Assembly (NCBI GenBank): GCA_964437755.1
Contig: CAYTIA010000004.1
Coordinates: forward strand, 11,687-75,686
DNA length: 64,000 bases
Direction of reading: 5' to 3'
DNA from: an uncultured Pseudomonadales bacterium
GTDB lineage: Bacteria > Patescibacteriota > Microgenomatia > UBA1400 > PJMF01
The position numbers and the translations under genes were made by a program. The notes under the pieces are model-generated. The model searched no databases and had not been told where the DNA came from. It saw only the letters and a program-made list of their open reading frames with translations. Of this stretch, positions 38,579-49,670 are shown one piece after another. Numbering within the stretch: position 1 is the first letter of the stretch; each line of letters starts with the position of its first letter.

Positions 38579-39574
38579 TTAATTAACCTTGACTATAACC
38601 AAGTTTTGCGGACTGTCATAGGACTCAATTTTACCCTCTTTAATTACTTTAAGTTTAGCATGATATTCACAACTAGCTGCTAAACATTGATATTGATGTT
38701 CAACCTGACCTCTCATGCCAACAAACTGTTCTTTTTTACCATCTCCAAAATCTAGCTCAACTTCAATTGACTCTTCCTCAATTTCATTTGAAAAAATGGT
38801 TTCAACTGAAGCAATGAACCTTTCCACAGGATCATCACTATCTAAATATCCTGTAAAACTAGTTTCAAGGCTCGGAGAAACAACGAAAGAAAAAACAACA
38901 GCTTGATTCTTTGAAACTTCTAAAATTCGATCAATTTTGTTGTAATATGGCTGAGTGCTAAAACTTAAAATAATTGGTCTATCCACACAAAACTCATTGC
39001 AATCTTGAGGACAATCAAGAGCCTCAAATTCCTGTAAACCCTGCCCAAGCTGCATGCTGGTATCACAACAAGAATAACCATAAGAAACACACTCGCTTGG
39101 AGGACCAGCAACCCCTGAAAAAACTGCGGGTTTACTAGAAGTAACTATTTCATCATCAAGAACTGTAACTGAACCAGTTCTTTTTAAAACAGTAAAATTC
39201 ATTCCTAATTCTTGACCCCAGCGAACACCAGACTTACCAGTTTGAACCATGACAAAAGGAGGTAGATCTTCTGTAATAACTTCAATTGGGGAATGCTCTC
39301 GCTGATTACAGACTACTTCCACCACATAAGAATTTGAGTCAGTAAATCTTAATTGAGTCACATGTACTATGCCTTTTTCATCCCGATCACTACCTTTAGA
39401 GGCACACTCTGTGGCATAGCTCTGAGTATGCTGAATATCCCTAACTTGTTTTAAGCTCTGCTTAACTTTTGAAGTTGTCATTGCCAGCATAACTTCACGG
39501 GTAATCAAAAATCCCAATCCCAAGACTAAAGCAAGAATAATTATTGAGGTTAATAAAGCTTTTATGACTCTCAT
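38579..39574 (-). CDS. membrane-anchored hypothetical protein with Cys cluster and PKD-like C-terminus
   Basis: Start moved to ATG 39574 (ATGA overlap with pilD); N-terminal TM; LDFGDG...VEHQY PKD-like motif. Confidence 0.65.
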   Translation of the reverse strand: MRVIKALLTSIIILALVLGLGFLITREVMLAMTTSKVKQSLKQVRDIQHTQSYATECASKGSDRDEKGIVHVTQLRFTDSNSYVVEVVCNQREHSPIEVITEDLPPFVMVQTGKSGVRWGQELGMNFTVLKRTGSVTVLDDEIVTSSKPAVFSGVAGPPSECVSYGYSCCDTSMQLGQGLQEFEALDCPQDCNEFCVDRPIILSFSTQPYYNKIDRILEVSKNQAVVFSFVVSPSLETSFTGYLDSDDPVERFIASVETIFSNEIEEESIEVELDFGDGKKEQFVGMRGQVEHQYQCLAASCEYHAKLKVIKEGKIESYDSPQNLVIVKVN

Positions 39575-40464
39575 AATAGTTGCCAGTAAGCTTGCCAAAG
39601 ATCTGCTCCCCACGCTAGAGCAATTAAGGAACCTAACACTAAAAATGGACCGAATGAAATCATCTGACCAGTTTTAGCCCTGCGTGTTATTAATAAAATT
39701 ATGCCCCAAACTCCACCAATAATAAAGGTACAAAAAATTCCCACTGTTGCTAGTTTATAACCCAAAACCATTGCCAGAGGAAAAACTAGTTTTATGTCAC
39801 CCCAACCAAGACCATATTTTTTTAAGAAAAGCAAAGGAAGATAACGAAGCATCAAAAAAAATAATAATAAAAGTGTGGCAACAGCTAGATCATTGAAAAA
39901 AGATGCTTGGATATTAAACAGTTGTTCGCTCACAGCTTTCATCACTGCTACTAATCCCACTAACAAAACCAACTCATCAGGAATAATCATGTATTTTTGA
40001 TCAAAAAGTAATATCAACCAAAGAAAAATAATGAAGATAAGCAAAAAGAGAAAACTAAAAAGAGGATTGTTGAAATAAGCGGGTGTTGAGAGATGTAAAT
40101 AACCAACAAACACAAACAAAATACCTGTTAATAATTCTACCAAAGGATAATCCAAGCCAATCTTTATTTTACAAAAACGACATTTACCTCCTAACAACAG
40201 ATAAGAAAGCAAAGGAATGTTGTCATACCAGTGGATGTTTTTACCGCAACTCTGGCAATGTGATCGACCAGTTACCCAACTATTATTATTTAGGGATTTT
40301 TTTTGCTTTTTAACCAATACATCTTCGCTGTACTTTTCTTCAGATCGGTCAACAATCACCTTAAAAAAACTTCCAAAGAATAAACCAAACACAAATAAAA
40401 CTAAGTAAAAGAACAAAGGATAGTCGTAAAAAAATACAAAAGAATTAATTAGGGATTGAAACAT
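39571..40464 (-). CDS. pilD: prepilin peptidase
   Basis: FGSF, RSHCQSC..WYDNIPLLSY..GKCRFC, GWGDIKL, FGPFL. Confidence 0.95.
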   Translation of the reverse strand: MFQSLINSFVFFYDYPLFFYLVLFVFGLFFGSFFKVIVDRSEEKYSEDVLVKKQKKSLNNNSWVTGRSHCQSCGKNIHWYDNIPLLSYLLLGGKCRFCKIKIGLDYPLVELLTGILFVFVGYLHLSTPAYFNNPLFSFLFLLIFIIFLWLILLFDQKYMIIPDELVLLVGLVAVMKAVSEQLFNIQASFFNDLAVATLLLLFFLMLRYLPLLFLKKYGLGWGDIKLVFPLAMVLGYKLATVGIFCTFIIGGVWGIILLITRRAKTGQMISFGPFLVLGSLIALAWGADLWQAYWQLL

Positions 40465-40503
40465 ATACTTAGTTTATCAAAATAGAGAAGGGGAAAGGTA
40501 AGC

Positions 40504-40532
40504 AAAAAAAGCCCCAGATTTTGTCTGGGGCT
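40504..40532 (-). terminator. intrinsic terminator after the probable major pilin
   Basis: AGCCCCAGA-ttttg-TCTGGGGCT with an A7 run on the left, giving a U-tract on the minus strand. Confidence 0.88.
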
Positions 40533-40560
40533 AAAAATTTAATTTTATAACCTGCTTTTG

Positions 40561-41322
40561 TTATGGTAAGCAAACCATAGCTCCTGGGACATCTTTTAAA
40601 CCATCAAAAGTTTCTGTTGGATTGCAGATAAAGTTGGCAGCAGCTTCTTCTATATCAACTGGCAACCCGACTCCATAAGTATAATCTTCTCCTGGCTCAG
40701 CAGGGTCAGCGCATCTTTCTAGAGCTTGAGTGTCGAAGGCTCCAGATTGTGGCACAAAACAGACATATGTACTAGCACCAGGTAGACCATTATTATAAAG
40801 ATATAACGTTCTTCCAGCTCCGCTAGCAACTCTTCTAGTAAAACTTTCTTTCAGTTCTTGAGCACCCGCACAGTTTGCCACCCCCTCGCTACCGGTTGAT
40901 AGTCGAGTTAATATTGGACAGCCAGTGGCTGGAGGATCTTCCTGGGCAAATACATCACCAACCAACCAACCAAACATTCCTCCACCATTTAAGACAATAT
41001 TTGGAGTTGGTTCTTCAGGAACACCGCCCACAGCAGGAGTTGTCTCTGTTACCGGAACAGGATATCCGTCAGCATCCATAATGGCAATATTAGGATCATT
41101 GGCATCAATCTGCCAAGGGAAATAGCCCTGAAATGCATTGTATCGATCAATAGCACTCAACAACTGCTCTGCATCCGATTGCCTACCTGTGTCTCTACCT
41201 CTATTAATTTGCTCGATAGGATTAATTGCTGAAAGAACTGCAACTGCCAAAATACCAAGAATGGTAATGACGATCAACAGCTCGATCATGGTAAAACCTA
41301 ATTGACGATGGAGTCTTTTCAT
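40561..41322 (-). CDS. probable major type IV pilin
   Basis: G|FTMIE, AINPIEQINRGRD; AAAGGA ribosome-binding site and its own terminator; lies between pilC and pilD. Confidence 0.82.
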   Translation of the reverse strand: MKRLHRQLGFTMIELLIVITILGILAVAVLSAINPIEQINRGRDTGRQSDAEQLLSAIDRYNAFQGYFPWQIDANDPNIAIMDADGYPVPVTETTPAVGGVPEEPTPNIVLNGGGMFGWLVGDVFAQEDPPATGCPILTRLSTGSEGVANCAGAQELKESFTRRVASGAGRTLYLYNNGLPGASTYVCFVPQSGAFDTQALERCADPAEPGEDYTYGVGLPVDIEEAAANFICNPTETFDGLKDVPGAMVCLP

Positions 41323-41453
41323 ATTTCCTTTAATAATTTCTTTTAACTACTTATTAATAATTAACAGAAGTTCGGCAGAACTCCTATATCTAATTTATAA
41401 CAATTGAGCAGTTCAATGCAAGAGTCATTTCAAGATTAACAGATCAAAATCAC

Positions 41454-42656
41454 TTAAAATTGCGATGACAAACTATAGATTGGCATCATTATAGAGACAA
41501 CCATAAAACCAACTCCTGCTCCCAAGACAATCATAATTAACGGTTCAATTGCAGTTGTTAAGTTTTTAACCGCGTACTCACTTTCCTTTTCATAATACTC
41601 TGAAAGTTTAAAAAGAATTTCATCAATTCTTCCTGTTTCTTCACCAACTTGAATCATTTGCGGTAAAAGAGAGGGGAAAACTTCTTTAATCTCGATTGCT
41701 GCTGATAAACTCATTCCACGCTCAATCTCTTTCTTGGCTTCTTTGACTGCATCGCGATAAGTGACACTTTCAAGAGCATTGCCTACGATATCTAGTGCCT
41801 CTAGCAAAGAAACACCAGCACTCAATAGTAAAGACAAAGTCCTAGCGAACTCAGTTAGGATAATCTTTGTTCGCAAAACTCCATAAATCGGAATCTTATT
41901 AAGAAACTTGTCAAAGCTGTGTTCGCCCGCTTCAGTTTTAACCCAAGTTCTAAAAATCAAAAAAAATATAATTCCCACTATAAACATTGCCCACCAATAT
42001 TTTGCCATCAACCCTGAAACGCCCATTAAAATCCTGGTTGGTAGCGGTAAATCAGCCCCAAAATCTCGATACATTTCGGTTAACTGGGGCAGAACAAAAA
42101 CCATCATGATAAAACCAACTATCAACATTGCAAACAGCACAATGATGGGGTAGATCATTGCTCCTTTGGTTTTGGCAGCAAAATCTTTTTGTTTTTCAAG
42201 CGTCAGCGCTAGACGATCTAAAACTGAGTCAAGCACACCACCTATCTCTCCAGCTCGAACCAATTGAATATAAACCCTTGAAAAAACATCGGGGTGTTCT
42301 TTAAGAGCTTCAGCAAAACTCTTTCCACTTTCAACATCTTTAAGAATTTTTATCACCACCGCTGCCATTGCTGGCTTGGCTTGCTCTTGAAGTATAACTA
42401 AAGATGTTGCTAGTGGCAAGCCAGCGCCAATCATAGTTGACAACTGGCGAGTAAAGTTCACCAAATCGTCATCCTTGACCCCCATTAGTTTACTCTGGAT
42501 AAAACCAAAAGATCCCTCAGCAATAGGTCTAATGTTGATAATTAAAAGTGAGCGAGAAATTAAGGCGTTGGCAGCTTGATTGGTATTTTTGGCTTCTACC
42601 TTTCCCTTAATGGTTTCACCGTGTTCATTCTTTGCAGTGTATTTATAAATTGGCAT
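41454..42656 (-). CDS. pilC: type IV pilus platform protein PilC (GspF family)
   Basis: FTRQLSTMIGAGLPL, AGEIGG, AMIYP, GEETG, IEP. Confidence 0.95.
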   Translation of the reverse strand: MPIYKYTAKNEHGETIKGKVEAKNTNQAANALISRSLLIINIRPIAEGSFGFIQSKLMGVKDDDLVNFTRQLSTMIGAGLPLATSLVILQEQAKPAMAAVVIKILKDVESGKSFAEALKEHPDVFSRVYIQLVRAGEIGGVLDSVLDRLALTLEKQKDFAAKTKGAMIYPIIVLFAMLIVGFIMMVFVLPQLTEMYRDFGADLPLPTRILMGVSGLMAKYWWAMFIVGIIFFLIFRTWVKTEAGEHSFDKFLNKIPIYGVLRTKIILTEFARTLSLLLSAGVSLLEALDIVGNALESVTYRDAVKEAKKEIERGMSLSAAIEIKEVFPSLLPQMIQVGEETGRIDEILFKLSEYYEKESEYAVKNLTTAIEPLIMIVLGAGVGFMVVSIMMPIYSLSSQF

Positions 42657-42679
42657 ATGTACAAAGATATAATCTTTAT

Positions 42680-43738
42680 CTATCCCTCACCCAACAACCT
42701 CATCATCTCATTTGGTCTAAAAGCGTGTCTCATCGCAATTTCACGACTAACCAAACCCTGTTGAATTAGATGAATAAAGTGATTTTCAATTAGCATCATT
42801 CCTTGTTGACCAGAAGTTTGCAAAACATTATCAATTTGGAACGTTTTACCTTCTCTAATAAGATTACGAATAGCATCGTTAGCAAACATCAACTCAATGG
42901 CTGGAATTCTGCCCCCTCCTTGTCTTGGCACCAACCTTTGAGAAACAACCGCCACAACGGTGTTTGCCAACTGTTGACGTATTTGTCCTTGTTGCTCAGC
43001 TGGAAAAACATCAATAATTCTATCCATTGTTTGAGCAGCTGTTCCAGTATGTAAGGTCGCAAAAACAAGGTGACCTGTTTCTGCTACAGTAATCGCTGCT
43101 GCTATAGTTTCATGATCTCTCATCTCACCAACTAACACAACATCAGGATCTTCTCTTAAAGCAGCTCTTAGGGCTATGCCCCAATCTTGAGTATCGTGAT
43201 GCATCTCTCTTTGAGAGATTATACTTTTATCTGGTTGATATACATACTCAATTGGATCTTCAATTGTTAAGATATGTTCAGCGCGAGAATGATTTATCTG
43301 ATCAATCACTGCAGCCAAAGTGCTAGATTTACCCTCACCAGTTGGACCAGTGACTAACACAAAACCCTGTTTGTATTGAGAAAGTTTGTTTAAGTCTGGA
43401 GGAAGTGAAAGTTCCTCTATAGTTTTAATTCTTTGTGGAATTAAACGCAGGGCGGCTGCCCAACTTCCCTGAGAAAAATAGACATTAACCCTAAACCTAG
43501 CTTTTTTTTGAAATTGGTATCCTAAATCAAGCTCTTTATCTACTACTACCATCTCTTTTTGTTCTTCTGAGAGCAGGGGTTCTATTAATACACGAACCGA
43601 TTGTGAATCTAAAACAGGGGATCCTTCAACGGGTACGAGTTCTCCGTCAATTCTGAAATATGGTTGTGAGCCAACAATCAAATGAAGGTCTGATCCATCG
43701 AGTTCAACTAATTTTGCTAAAAGATCATAAATATTCAT
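42680..43738 (-). CDS. pilT: retraction ATPase PilT
   Basis: GPTGEGKSST, TIEDPIE, ALREDPDV, ETGHLVFATLH, AIRNLIRE. Confidence 0.96.
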   Translation of the reverse strand: MNIYDLLAKLVELDGSDLHLIVGSQPYFRIDGELVPVEGSPVLDSQSVRVLIEPLLSEEQKEMVVVDKELDLGYQFQKKARFRVNVYFSQGSWAAALRLIPQRIKTIEELSLPPDLNKLSQYKQGFVLVTGPTGEGKSSTLAAVIDQINHSRAEHILTIEDPIEYVYQPDKSIISQREMHHDTQDWGIALRAALREDPDVVLVGEMRDHETIAAAITVAETGHLVFATLHTGTAAQTMDRIIDVFPAEQQGQIRQQLANTVVAVVSQRLVPRQGGGRIPAIELMFANDAIRNLIREGKTFQIDNVLQTSGQQGMMLIENHFIHLIQQGLVSREIAMRHAFRPNEMMRLLGEG

Positions 43739-43785
43739 ATGTTCGTCAAATAAGCTAATAATCTTTTATCATCTATTTATTTCTC

Positions 43786-45615
43786 TTAACGCTCCTCTGC
43801 AACTCTAAGTACCTCTTCAATTGTAGTGATTCCATCTAGAGCTTTCAAGTAACCATCTTGTTTCATTCTAACTAATCCTTGCTTCATGGCTTCTTCCTCA
43901 ATTTGATCTGATGTAGCGCTCTTGTTAACCAATGATTTTATTGATTCACTCATCTCCATCACTTCAAAAATACCAACTCGACCCCTATACTCGGGTTCTG
44001 TCTGAGGACGATTTTCTTTTGGTCTATGCAAAGTTATTTTATTTGGATCCTTGCTGTTTTGTTTGCACCAATCATCAAAATGAGATCCTAAAACATTTTT
44101 TATATCCTCAACAACTGCTTTGTCTGGCTCGTACTCCTCTTTATAATCAGGATTAATCACTCTTACCACCCTTTGTCCCATAGCTAAAATCATTGATGAA
44201 GAAAGTAAAAAAGGCTCAATACCCATATCAATTAATCTTGGAAGTGCACCCGCCGCAGAGTTTGCGTGAAGAGTAGAAAAGACCAAGTGACCAGTTAAAG
44301 ATGCTTGAACAGCAAGCTCAGCAGTTTCTTTATCTCTGATCTCTCCAACCATAATTACATCAGGATCTTGACGTAAAAATGATCTTAAACCTGTAGCAAA
44401 AGTTAATCCCGCTTGAGAATGAACCTGCACTTGAGTAATTCCTTTCATCTGATACTCAACAGGATCTTCCAAAGTCATAATATTAACTTTTGGAGTATTA
44501 ATAATGTTCAAAATTGAGTAGAGGCTAGTTGTTTTTCCAGATCCTGTTGGTCCTGTTACCAAAAAGATTCCATGAGGAATTTTTATTGCTTTTCTAACAT
44601 TTTGTAAGGCTAATCCTGTTAAGCCCAAGTCCTCAAGCTCTGGTACCGCCGCATTTTTTTTGAGTAAACGCATCACTACCTTTTCACCATGGATACTTGG
44701 CATCGTAGAAATACGCAAATCAACATCTTGATTATTAGATTGATAGTCAAATCTTCCATCCTGAGGAATTCTTTTTTCATCGATCTTAAGATCTGACATA
44801 ATCTTTACTCTTGAAACAACAGCATCATGAACTGATCTGGGCAAAACCAATTTTTCTAGAAGAATGCCATCAACTCTATATCTAACTCTAGTTTTTTCAA
44901 GTAAAGGCTCTATGTGAATATCTGAAGCTCTAGATTGAAGTGCATATTCCAAGATCGTATCAACTATTTTATTAATAGGAGCTGCCCTAATAAAACCACC
45001 CTGATGAGCTTCAAGAGCGCTAGCCTTTTTTGTTCCAATTTCAGTATTCTCCTCAATGGCGGCACTCACATCTCCAGATAAATCCTGAGCATAACGCTCA
45101 GTAATCATTCTTTTCACCTCTGAAGAAGAGGCATAATATAACTCTAGAGATGCTCCAGTCTTTTGCTCAATAAAATTGATTGCAGTTAAATTCAAAGGAT
45201 CGGCCATCGCCGCCTTAATAACATTCGTTTCTTTATCATAAGCAAAAGGTAAAACTTGATAGCGTTTAGCCACGCTTTCATCAATCATATTCATTGCTTC
45301 AGGCGATACACCTGTTTCGGCAACTGCAATAAAAGGAATGTTATTTAATTTTGCTTTGGCTTTGGTTAAGTTGATTTCAGAAACAAACTCACCATCTTTA
45401 ATAATCTGCTCAATTGGTTTATTGGTAGCTAGATAAACATTATTGATTTCCTGAGCCTGTTCTGTAGTAATATGCTGATTATCTACTAAAACCTTTAACA
45501 AACCCGTTACATTTGATCCTGTTTTTTGTAACAAAGAATCAGAATTTCCAAAAGAATAACTCTGGTTAGAACTAGATTGCAAAACTGGGGTTTGAGTTAA
45601 ATCTTGGGCAGACAT
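43786..45615 (-). CDS. pilB: extension ATPase PilB
   Basis: ASDIHIEP, PQDGR, GPTGSGKT, LRQDPD, TGHLVFSTLH; tetracysteine motif absent. Confidence 0.95.
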   Translation of the reverse strand: MSAQDLTQTPVLQSSSNQSYSFGNSDSLLQKTGSNVTGLLKVLVDNQHITTEQAQEINNVYLATNKPIEQIIKDGEFVSEINLTKAKAKLNNIPFIAVAETGVSPEAMNMIDESVAKRYQVLPFAYDKETNVIKAAMADPLNLTAINFIEQKTGASLELYYASSSEVKRMITERYAQDLSGDVSAAIEENTEIGTKKASALEAHQGGFIRAAPINKIVDTILEYALQSRASDIHIEPLLEKTRVRYRVDGILLEKLVLPRSVHDAVVSRVKIMSDLKIDEKRIPQDGRFDYQSNNQDVDLRISTMPSIHGEKVVMRLLKKNAAVPELEDLGLTGLALQNVRKAIKIPHGIFLVTGPTGSGKTTSLYSILNIINTPKVNIMTLEDPVEYQMKGITQVQVHSQAGLTFATGLRSFLRQDPDVIMVGEIRDKETAELAVQASLTGHLVFSTLHANSAAGALPRLIDMGIEPFLLSSSMILAMGQRVVRVINPDYKEEYEPDKAVVEDIKNVLGSHFDDWCKQNSKDPNKITLHRPKENRPQTEPEYRGRVGIFEVMEMSESIKSLVNKSATSDQIEEEAMKQGLVRMKQDGYLKALDGITTIEEVLRVAEER

Positions 45616-45738
45616 ATTATTATTTCACAATGTTATAAATCAAAACAAAACTCTTTTTTTTACAGAGTTTATGATTTTTGTTAGCATTGCTCATATATAA
45701 TAATGACACAATTTAGATAGAAATTAAAGGTCAACTGA

Positions 45739-46518
45739 ATGAATTTACAAACAAATACTATCAAATTGCCTCAAGAAAAAAAATCATTGCTAACCTCAGT
45801 TTTGCTAATTACTGAATCAAATATTTCTCAAACTGAGCAGTTGTTAAACTATCTCATTAAAAAAAGTTTAGTTCCTTTAAACTCAAGCTTTGATACTCTG
45901 GTGAATCTACCCAATATCCATCTTTACAACCAAGAAGGTACTGGTCTTAAAATTGAAACAGTTCGCAAAATCATTGAAGAGTGTAGCTTCTCAAATATTA
46001 ATAAACATATCAGAGTTATCTCAATCTTAAATGCCCAACAAAGCTCAAATCCAGCTCAGAATGCTCTTCTAAAGATAATAGAGGAACCACCCATTAACAC
46101 TCAAATAGTGTTAGTTACTTCACAACCCAGTCAAATTTTACCAACTATTCGCTCTCGTTGTATAGAAATTACTTTCTCCAACAAGCAAAAATTAAACATA
46201 AAAAAAACAACATCAGAAATTGAAGGCATTGCACAGGAATTAATAGATGAGTCAATCTTTTCTTTAAGTAGAGCTATCGAGATTGCAGATCAGTATAAAA
46301 AGAGAGAAGAAGCTCTACTCTTTACAAAAGATATTATTATTCATTTCCACTCTCAACTTAAAGTAATCTCCAACAGCAACCTTTCAAAAAAAACTATCTT
46401 TATTCTTGAAGAGTTTCTAAAAGCATATCAAGACTTACAAAAAAATTATAATTCTCAATTAACTTTAGAAAACTATCTCTTTAATATTGTGAGAAAGTAT
46501 CAAGTGCAGGTGAAATAA
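45739..46518 (+). CDS. holB: DNA polymerase III delta-prime-like subunit
   Basis: AQNALLKIIEEPP, ILPTIRSRC. Confidence 0.82.
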   Translation: MNLQTNTIKLPQEKKSLLTSVLLITESNISQTEQLLNYLIKKSLVPLNSSFDTLVNLPNIHLYNQEGTGLKIETVRKIIEECSFSNINKHIRVISILNAQQSSNPAQNALLKIIEEPPINTQIVLVTSQPSQILPTIRSRCIEITFSNKQKLNIKKTTSEIEGIAQELIDESIFSLSRAIEIADQYKKREEALLFTKDIIIHFHSQLKVISNSNLSKKTIFILEEFLKAYQDLQKNYNSQLTLENYLFNIVRKYQVQVK

Positions 46519-46640
46519 ACATCTAATTTGTTATAATGAAGAGTAATAATCGCCATCCCTCCTGCCTCACGTTTGCACAGAAATCAAAGATGTGATACAA
46601 GTTATGGTTCTAAGATTTGTTGTGTTTTGTATTACTTTAA

Positions 46641-48701
<2,061 letters not shown>

Positions 48702-48719
48702 ATAATTATTGCCAGCACT

Positions 48720-49664
48720 ATGTCAATCACATACATCATTGGCCATCAAAAACCAGACACAGATAGTGTTGTGTCAGCCATGGCACTAGAATTTTTATAT
48801 CAACAAGCAACTTGTTTTGGCTATAGCAATCCAAAAGCTATCGTCGCTGATCCAATTAACGGAGAAACTGCATATCTATTCGAACGATTTAATATTCAGC
48901 CACCATCTGTTTTGTCATCATCTATTAATCCAGAAGACCAAGTTGTTTTAGTAGATCATAACGAAGTTTCTCAAAGATCAACATTTTTTGAGGAAGAACA
49001 GATTGTTGAAATTGTGGACCACCACAAAGTCAATTTAAATCTCAGCAACCCTATTTTCCTAACCTTTAAAACCTGGGGATCATCAAGTTCTATCATCTAC
49101 TTTTTAATGAAGCGCTCTGGAGTAATTCCAAATAAAAAGATTGCTTCACTAATGTTAGCCGCAATCCTATCAGACACAGTTGGACTTAAATCTCCAACTA
49201 CTTGTAAACAAGATAAAAAATTCGCCAAAGAACTTGCTAAAATTGCTGAGATTAATGATCTAGATGCATTTGCCCTTGATATTTTTAAAGCAAAATCAGA
49301 CATCAGCAAACTTTCACCAATCCAAATAGTAAAAAACGATTACAAGCTCTTCGATTTTACCTACCCAACATTTATCGGGCAAATCGAAACTGTTGAGCAA
49401 GAACCATTACTTAAAAACAAAAAACAGGAACTTCTTTCCGCCATGGATGAGGTTAAAAAAGCAGAAAAGGTAAAATATCTATTTTTAGCTGTGACAGATA
49501 TTTTAAAAGTAAATACCAAATTAGTTATTTTAGGTGAAGATGAACAACAGATCGCCGAAAAAGCATTTGGAGGCTCAACTAAAGATAGTATTCTAGACAT
49601 AGGAGCAAAATTAAGCAGAAAAAAAGAGATAGCTCCAGCTATTGAAACTGCAATGAAAAAATAA
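48720..49664 (+). CDS. ppaC: manganese-dependent inorganic pyrophosphatase (family II)
   Basis: GHQKPDTDS, LVDHNE, VDHH, ILSDT..SPT, SRKK. Confidence 0.94.
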   Translation: MSITYIIGHQKPDTDSVVSAMALEFLYQQATCFGYSNPKAIVADPINGETAYLFERFNIQPPSVLSSSINPEDQVVLVDHNEVSQRSTFFEEEQIVEIVDHHKVNLNLSNPIFLTFKTWGSSSSIIYFLMKRSGVIPNKKIASLMLAAILSDTVGLKSPTTCKQDKKFAKELAKIAEINDLDAFALDIFKAKSDISKLSPIQIVKNDYKLFDFTYPTFIGQIETVEQEPLLKNKKQELLSAMDEVKKAEKVKYLFLAVTDILKVNTKLVILGEDEQQIAEKAFGGSTKDSILDIGAKLSRKKEIAPAIETAMKK

Positions 49665-49670
49665 GAAAAC

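Noticed and set aside
40958-40973. (CCAA)4 microsatellite in the major pilin as a phase-variation tract
   Set aside because: Only four units, explained by the codons for FGWLVG; reading frame intact
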